The position numbers were made by a program, and so were the translations under genes. The notes under the pieces were generated by a model. The model did no database searches. It saw nothing but the letters and a program-made list of their open reading frames with translations, and was not told where the DNA came from. From an uncultured delta proteobacterium (GTDB lineage: Bacteria > Myxococcota_A > Polyangia > Polyangiales > Polyangiaceae), in NCBI GenBank assembly GCA_963716725.1, contig CAVQUB010000013.1, positions 256,001-320,000 of the forward strand: DNA of 64,000 nucleotides. The letters are read 5' to 3'. Within the stretch, counting starts at the first letter, position 1. Each line of letters starts with the position of its first letter. Positions 58,518 to 64,000 of this stretch are shown here, piece after piece.

Positions 58518-59437
58518 ATGCCGATGGCGGTGCGAAAGACCCATCCCTCGGCGCCCTTTGCATCGTACTTGATTCGATACCAATCGCCGTCGCGTCCGCT
58601 GACTACTACCCGCGTGCCGCGCATCAAGCGCGCGACGATTTCGCCGTCCTTGGGCTGGTCGCGCACGATGCCCACCTCCCACGCGACGGTGGCACGGCCA
58701 CTCGCGGTCTCGACCTCTTTGGTCGGCGTGTCCTGATCGGGCTTCGGTCCTGGCGGGCGCAGGTCGACCAGCGTGAAGACCGTGTACTTCGCGTGCTCGT
58801 GTTTGACGTCCGCCAACGACAAGGACTGGAGCTCCTTCTTGGCGCAGACGATCAGAGCATCGGCGGTGGCGTCCGGGAGATTCGTGCTCTTTCCCTTGAG
58901 CACGTCGGTGGCTTTGCCGCTGGCGAAATCGAGCTCGATGCCCAACGACAGCTTGCCCTGAACGCCTTCGGCCGCTGGACAGCCTGCGAGGGCCAAGACC
59001 TTCGGCCGAATCAGGGAATCGACCTCGATCGAGTCGCACTTCTCTTTGCGCGCGCCTTTGGCGTCACGGCAGCTCGTGACCGATGCTGGAGAAACGTCGA
59101 ATCGATCACTGGGCTCCGCCGGGACCTCGGCCGCCGCTGCGGGGACCACCTTCGCCGCCGGGAGCTTCGCGGCGCCCGGCGAAGCCGAAGATCCGGTCTT
59201 CGGATCGTCGCTGCTCGCGGCCGCGGCGGGTTCGTTCTCGACCGGCGCGCTCGGAACCAGCTTGACCCCGGCCAGTCGAGGCCAGATGACCCCGATGGCA
59301 AAACCCACGACCGCGATGGCAGCGACGCGGCCAAGGCGTGGCTGATCGTCGCCCGCTTTCGGGATTCGGACGGAAAGGCCGCTCTTGTCTGGGGTCATCG
59401 GAGGCAAAAGCCCGGACGGGACCGGGCCGTTGCCCAC
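58514..59437 (-). CDS. Membrane-anchored protein with C-terminal bacterial SH3 domain
   Basis: TM helix; VRDQP..GEIVARL.RGT.V.V..RDGDWYRIKY...EGWVF. Confidence 0.8.
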   Translation of the reverse strand: MGNGPVPSGLLPPMTPDKSGLSVRIPKAGDDQPRLGRVAAIAVVGFAIGVIWPRLAGVKLVPSAPVENEPAAAASSDDPKTGSSASPGAAKLPAAKVVPAAAAEVPAEPSDRFDVSPASVTSCRDAKGARKEKCDSIEVDSLIRPKVLALAGCPAAEGVQGKLSLGIELDFASGKATDVLKGKSTNLPDATADALIVCAKKELQSLSLADVKHEHAKYTVFTLVDLRPPGPKPDQDTPTKEVETASGRATVAWEVGIVRDQPKDGEIVARLMRGTRVVVSGRDGDWYRIKYDAKGAEGWVFRTAIGM

Positions 59438-59558
59438 CCCTTAGCACGCGCTGGTCCGGACGGAAAAATGCGTGGATAGGCCGATTCTCGCGGACTTTCC
59501 TCGAAGCCCTTCCAACAGGCTCTAGCCTGGCAGAGGATAGCCCCCTGCCCCGGCCGCC

Positions 59559-61283
59559 ATGAAAGCCTGCCCGCAGTGCAAGCTGAAGTACCCCTCGGAC
59601 AAGATCACTTGTTTCGTGGACGGCGCCGCTTTGGCCGAGATCCAGGATCCGCGCATCGGAACCACGGTCGCGGGACGTTACCAGATCGAGGACGTCGTCG
59701 GCGAGGGCGGGATGGCCACCGTCTACCGCGCCAAGCATCGGGTGAGTGACCGACACGTCGCCATAAAGATCATGAACGCGACGCTCGCGAGGAACTCCGT
59801 CATTCAGGAGCGCTTCCGCCGCGAGGCAAAGGCCGCACAAAAGATCGCTCACCCGAACATCATCGAGATCTTGGAGCAGGGCGAGACCGGCGACGGCAGC
59901 CTCTACCTGGTGATGGAGCTGCTCGAAGGGGAGACGCTGGCGGACGTCGTGGACGCCGGCAAGGTGCCGGTTGACCGCGCGCTTCGAATTCTGATCCAGG
60001 TTGCTCGGGCACTAGCCCGCGCTCACGACCTCGAGGTCATCCACCGGGACCTGAAGCCGGAGAACATCTTCTTGGCGCACCTTCCCGAGAGCGAGGAGTT
60101 GGTCAAACTTCTCGACTTCGGCATCGCGCGATCGATGCAGGACGTCCGCCTCACCGGCTCCGGCGAGGTCTTCGGAACGCCGCAGTACATGGCTCCTGAA
60201 CGCATCACTTCGACGGAAGCCGGACCCGCAGCCGACCTCTACGCGCTGGGCATCATGGCCTTCGAGATGCTCACCGGTCGCCTGCCCTTCCAAGCCAACG
60301 ACGTCGCGAGTTGGTTCATCAAGCACATGAAAGAAGCGCCTCCGTCGATGAGGCAGTTCGAGCCCGCTCTCCCGGAGACGCTCGACGACCTCGTCCTGGA
60401 GTTGCTGGCCAAAGACCCTTCGGATCGACCGGTGGACGCCCACAAGGTGCACAACGATCTGGTCGCGATCGCCGAGACGCTGGGAGTGCACCTCCCGGTC
60501 GAGGCCGACGACGACGCGGTCAGCTCGCACTTGCCCGTGACGTCGGAGCGGAGCGCCGTCGATCGCTGGACGCGTCGCCTCGAAGTTTTCGAGCTGATGC
60601 TGATGCGCGCGTATCCGAGCAACCGACCCGCCGATCTGGTGCAGATGCTCTCCCAGGTCAAAGCCAAGCTCGCCGAGCTCTCGGAGGTGGGCGCCGCAGG
60701 ATCCGAAGTTCAGCTCCAGCTCGAAGCCGTCGAGGCCCGGGGTCGGGAGGGACGACAGCGCTTGGGACACGCCGTGCACGCGCTCGGCGTGGACGCGAGC
60801 CGGGCCCGCGAAGACGCCAAGACCGCGGACTCCACCATCACCGCACAGACGGCCGAGGTGTCGCGCTTCGCAGAAGACTACCTCGCCGCCCACCAGAAGG
60901 CCGTCTACTGGGAAGGCCGGTCGGGGTTCATGATGCCTTACCTGCAGCTCGCCGCCGCCTACCGCGCCATCGCCGATCTGGTCGACGCCTGGCTCGAAGC
61001 CAAGAAGGCCCTCGACGCGGCCACTCGCACGGCCGAGTCGAAGCGCGCGGAGGTGAGCGATCTCGAATTCCAGATCCAGTCGCTGCGCAGCGCTCTCGCC
61101 ACGAAGGAAGAGAGCATCGAGAAGGAAGTGGCGGAGGGCAACCGCCAGCTTCACGACCTCGGAGAACGCGCGGACACCATCGAAACGGAGCTGCTCGAGC
61201 TGGCGACCAAGTTCTGCTCGCCCCTGCGCACGCGACCGGAGCTCGGATTGCTGTTCACGAAGCTCGAGAACGTGGCTGCCTGA
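59559..61283 (+). CDS. Ser/Thr protein kinase with N-terminal Cys motif and C-terminal coiled coil
   Basis: [34 protein letters not shown]. Confidence 0.94.
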   Translation: MKACPQCKLKYPSDKITCFVDGAALAEIQDPRIGTTVAGRYQIEDVVGEGGMATVYRAKHRVSDRHVAIKIMNATLARNSVIQERFRREAKAAQKIAHPNIIEILEQGETGDGSLYLVMELLEGETLADVVDAGKVPVDRALRILIQVARALARAHDLEVIHRDLKPENIFLAHLPESEELVKLLDFGIARSMQDVRLTGSGEVFGTPQYMAPERITSTEAGPAADLYALGIMAFEMLTGRLPFQANDVASWFIKHMKEAPPSMRQFEPALPETLDDLVLELLAKDPSDRPVDAHKVHNDLVAIAETLGVHLPVEADDDAVSSHLPVTSERSAVDRWTRRLEVFELMLMRAYPSNRPADLVQMLSQVKAKLAELSEVGAAGSEVQLQLEAVEARGREGRQRLGHAVHALGVDASRAREDAKTADSTITAQTAEVSRFAEDYLAAHQKAVYWEGRSGFMMPYLQLAAAYRAIADLVDAWLEAKKALDAATRTAESKRAEVSDLEFQIQSLRSALATKEESIEKEVAEGNRQLHDLGERADTIETELLELATKFCSPLRTRPELGLLFTKLENVAA

Positions 61284-62103
61284 CGCGCTCGGCGACCACC
61301 AGCAGCTCGTCGATGGGACCCCGGGCAGTGGGCCGTGAATTGATGTTGCGCGCCACCTTGACCTTCTTTGCCCGAAAGCCCCGGTAGAGTGCCCGGGTCG
61401 CCGGGGTATCCGAGTTCGAGAGCACCGCGTGCACGCCTCGCCGTTCGAAATCGGCGAAGACCCGAGCCAGGCGCTCGTGCTCCGTCGAACCGAAGGGGTG
61501 GCGCGCGTAGGCTGTGAAATTTGCGGTTCGCGACAGGGGCACGTAGGGCGGGTCCAAGTAGACGGCATCCCCACGTCGTGCGCGCCGGCAGACCTCCTCG
61601 AAATCGGCTTCGACGATCTCGACCCGCGCGAGCACTTGGCCTGCGGCCCGCAGGTTCTCGGCGTCGCAAATGTTGGGGTTCTTGTACCTGCCGAAGGGCA
61701 CGTTGAACTGCCCGGATCGGTTCACCCGATACAAGCCGTTGTATCCGGTCTTGTTCAGGTAGATGACCCGAGCCGCGCGCTTGACCAGACTCCGGGGAGC
61801 GAGGGCGCGAACCCGATAGTACTCGTCCTCCGAGTGGTGCATGCCTTCGAGTTCACGAACCACGCCCTCGGCGTCCGTTTGAAGCGCCCGGTAGACGGCC
61901 AGCAGATCCGGGTTTCGGTCCGCCAGCACGGCCTTCTGGAATCGCCCCTGCGCGGCCAACGCGAAGAACACCGCCGCGCCTCCGGCGAAGGGCTCGAAGT
62001 AAGTGCCGATGCGTTCTGGGAGGAGCTCGAGGATCTCCGACGAGATTTGCGCCTTGCCACCGGCCCACTTGAGCACTGGACGAGCCGGAGCTCGGGACGT
62101 CAT
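61255..62103 (-). CDS. dam: Dam-family N6-adenine DNA methyltransferase
   Basis: PVLKWAGGK, EPFAGG, YLNKTGYNGLYRVN..GQFNVPFG, YLDPPY, LSNS. Confidence 0.9.
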   Translation of the reverse strand: MTSRAPARPVLKWAGGKAQISSEILELLPERIGTYFEPFAGGAAVFFALAAQGRFQKAVLADRNPDLLAVYRALQTDAEGVVRELEGMHHSEDEYYRVRALAPRSLVKRAARVIYLNKTGYNGLYRVNRSGQFNVPFGRYKNPNICDAENLRAAGQVLARVEIVEADFEEVCRRARRGDAVYLDPPYVPLSRTANFTAYARHPFGSTEHERLARVFADFERRGVHAVLSNSDTPATRALYRGFRAKKVKVARNINSRPTARGPIDELLVVAERVRQPRSRAS

Positions 62104-64000
62104 CGCGACCTGAGTACCGCCGGCGGCGCCCGACGTCCAGGTTTCGACGAGGGTCCGATGCCAAGCCGCTTCATCATCTTCTGAAGCCCGAAACGCGACA
62201 TCCCGAGCAGCTCGGCGGCGTGGGTTTGATTGCCTCCGGTCCGGGCCAGCGCCTTTTCGACCAGCGAGTGCTCGAGTTCGTCGACGCGGGCGCGAAGGTC
62301 GAGCTCATTTTCCGAGCGAAGCCTGCCCGAGCCGACCGTGCCGACCTCGGGCGACAGGTGGCTCGGCTCGATGACCTCGTCCGACAGCACGAGCGCGCGC
62401 CGGATCTCGTTTTCGAGCTGCCGAACGTTTCCGGGCCACGCGAAGGCGACCAAGCGATCCATGGCCTCGCGGCTGAGTTTGACGGCCCGGCTCTGCGCGT
62501 GCTTCTGCATGAAGTGGCGCACCAAGATCGGGATGTCGGCGCGCCGCGCTCTGAGTGGCGGCACCTCGAGCCGGATCACGTTGAGGCGGTAGAACAGGTC
62601 CTGGCGAAAGAGCCCCGCGGCGACCCGCTCCTCCAGATCGCGGTGCGTGGCGCCGATCACGCGCACGTCGACCCGCCGCGTCCGCTCCGAGCCGAGCGCG
62701 TGGACCTCGCCATCTTCGAGCACGCGTAGCAACTTGGTCTGCATCGCCAAGCTCATCTCTGCGATTTCGTCGAGGAACAGTGTGCCTCCGTCGGCCACAT
62801 CGAACAGACCCGCTCTGGCGCGAGAAGCACCGGTGAACGCTCCGCGCACGTGTCCGAACAGGGTGGACTCGAGCAACGCCTCGGGGATGGCCCCGCAGTT
62901 CTCGCTGACGAAGCGCCCACGTGTCCGAGCGCTGTGCTCATGAATCGCTCGAGCCACGAGTTCCTTGCCGCTGCCGCTCTCGCCGACAACCAACACCGGA
63001 ACATCCGCGAGGCTCACGCGGTCGAGGATCCGGAGCAGGCTTCGAATCGCCTCGCTCTCACCGACGATGTGCTCGTATTCGAAGCGAGTTTCGCGAGCGC
63101 GAGCGAAGGCCAGCTCCTGCTCCGCGACGTCGAGCGCGGCCTCGCGCTGGGCGAGCTCGTCGGCCAATTGCGCCTCTGCGCGCTTCGCCCGCCTCACGGC
63201 CCGACGGAGCAAGACCCGGTCGCGCGCGTCCGCGATGGCCACCGCGGCCAGAGCACCGAGCAACCGGACCCACGCGAGCTCGGCGGGGCCGAAGGCCCCG
63301 CGGCGCACCCGATCGTCGAGGTAGACCACACCGAGCGCCTCGCCGTGAGCGAGCAGCGGGACCGCCAGGACGCTGCGCAGCTTGAGCGCGTGCACGCTCC
63401 GATGCAGCTCCGGCAGCTCTCCCGCCGCGTCGACTGCGACCACGGGCTCCGAGAGCGCGAGCGCGCGCTCCGCCAGCGTGTTCGAGAGCGCGAGCTGATC
63501 GTCCGACAGGTCGTCCTTGGCCAGGTTCCTCGCCGCGCGAGGCACCAGCTTTCCGCCCGGCGCGCGCAACAGCAGAAGTCCGCGCTCGACTCCGGTCCAC
63601 GAAATCAGCGCGTCGAGCACCTGATCGAGCAAGGGACGCAGGCGGTCGCGGCGACCGAGCGCATACACCAGGGACTCGACGTCCGCGACCTGATCGGAGG
63701 AGACGCCACCGTCGGCGGGCACCGGCAGCTCGGCGATCCAGGGCAGCGCACGAACCGCCTGCGCGAGCTCCCGCGGCGCGTGCTCCAGCAGCTCGGCAGC
63801 GGCGCTGCGTGCCACGGCTCCGAATCGTCGCGCGCGTTCGCCATCACCGAGCCGTTCGGCGAGACGCGCGGCGGCTGCGAAGGCCGGCCCGCGCACGCTG
63901 GTCGGGACCCCCGAGTGAGCGAGGGACGCGAGCTCGACCAGCACCGCGTCGGCGCGGGTTGGTTTTGGGGACCGCGCTTCGTGTCGGGCTCGCGCGCCCC
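62100..64000 (-). CDS. GAF + sigma54-interaction AAA+ + Fis HTH activator, 5' truncated by window edge
   Basis: GESGSGKE, ESTLFGHVRGAFTGA, LFLDEI, DLFYRLNV, WPGNVRQLEN, HTH GGNQTHAAELLGMSR. Confidence 0.94.
   Translation of the reverse strand, partial: GARARHEARSPKPTRADAVLVELASLAHSGVPTSVRGPAFAAAARLAERLGDGERARRFGAVARSAAAELLEHAPRELAQAVRALPWIAELPVPADGGVSSDQVADVESLVYALGRRDRLRPLLDQVLDALISWTGVERGLLLLRAPGGKLVPRAARNLAKDDLSDDQLALSNTLAERALALSEPVVAVDAAGELPELHRSVHALKLRSVLAVPLLAHGEALGVVYLDDRVRRGAFGPAELAWVRLLGALAAVAIADARDRVLLRRAVRRAKRAEAQLADELAQREAALDVAEQELAFARARETRFEYEHIVGESEAIRSLLRILDRVSLADVPVLVVGESGSGKELVARAIHEHSARTRGRFVSENCGAIPEALLESTLFGHVRGAFTGASRARAGLFDVADGGTLFLDEIAEMSLAMQTKLLRVLEDGEVHALGSERTRRVDVRVIGATHRDLEERVAAGLFRQDLFYRLNVIRLEVPPLRARRADIPILVRHFMQKHAQSRAVKLSREAMDRLVAFAWPGNVRQLENEIRRALVLSDEVIEPSHLSPEVGTVGSGRLRSENELDLRARVDELEHSLVEKALARTGGNQTHAAELLGMSRFGLQKMMKRLGIGPSSKPGRRAPPAVLRSR

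Noticed and set aside
61255..62103. Restriction-modification or defence island
   Set aside because: No endonuclease or other defence genes adjacent.

Overview
GC-rich bacterial chromosomal window. Its gene style (three Hanks-type Ser/Thr kinases, Gly/Cys-rich lipoproteins, FGE-sulfatase proteins, a GAF-sigma54 activator) points to Myxococcota, probably Polyangiales-like; this is inference, not a database result. 1-21.3 kb is a flagellar region: flgH-flgI-flgJ(N)-flgM-flgN-flgK-flgL-csrA-maf-fliC1-fliC2-fliD-fliS-methyltransferase/TPR on +; FlgJ-type muramidase, neuB, neuA, a KdsC-GmhA fusion, flbD, motA, motB and an HDOD-GGDEF gene on -; then REC-HDOD and flgF on +. The intergenic DNA shows five sigma54-type -24/-12 motifs and two identical variant sigma28-like motifs (CCTCAAG-N15-CCGTTCA). 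The sugar genes suggest an unusual phosphorylated ulosonic-acid route for flagellin glycosylation. The rest is housekeeping and accessory: hybrid histidine kinase, lgt with a poly-Asp/PAAKK block tail, dapB, dapA, rsmB, rseP, thioesterase, an IS4/IS50-like element nested in a ~170-bp MITE-like element, an orphan NosB-like gene, secA, lipoproteins, a kinase-macrodomain fusion, a GldAFG-like ABC system, an orphan Dam-type methyltransferase and a partial sigma54 activator. Eight +1 frameshifts (flgL, secA, two lipoproteins) look like sequencing errors. No rRNA, tRNA or CRISPR array was seen.
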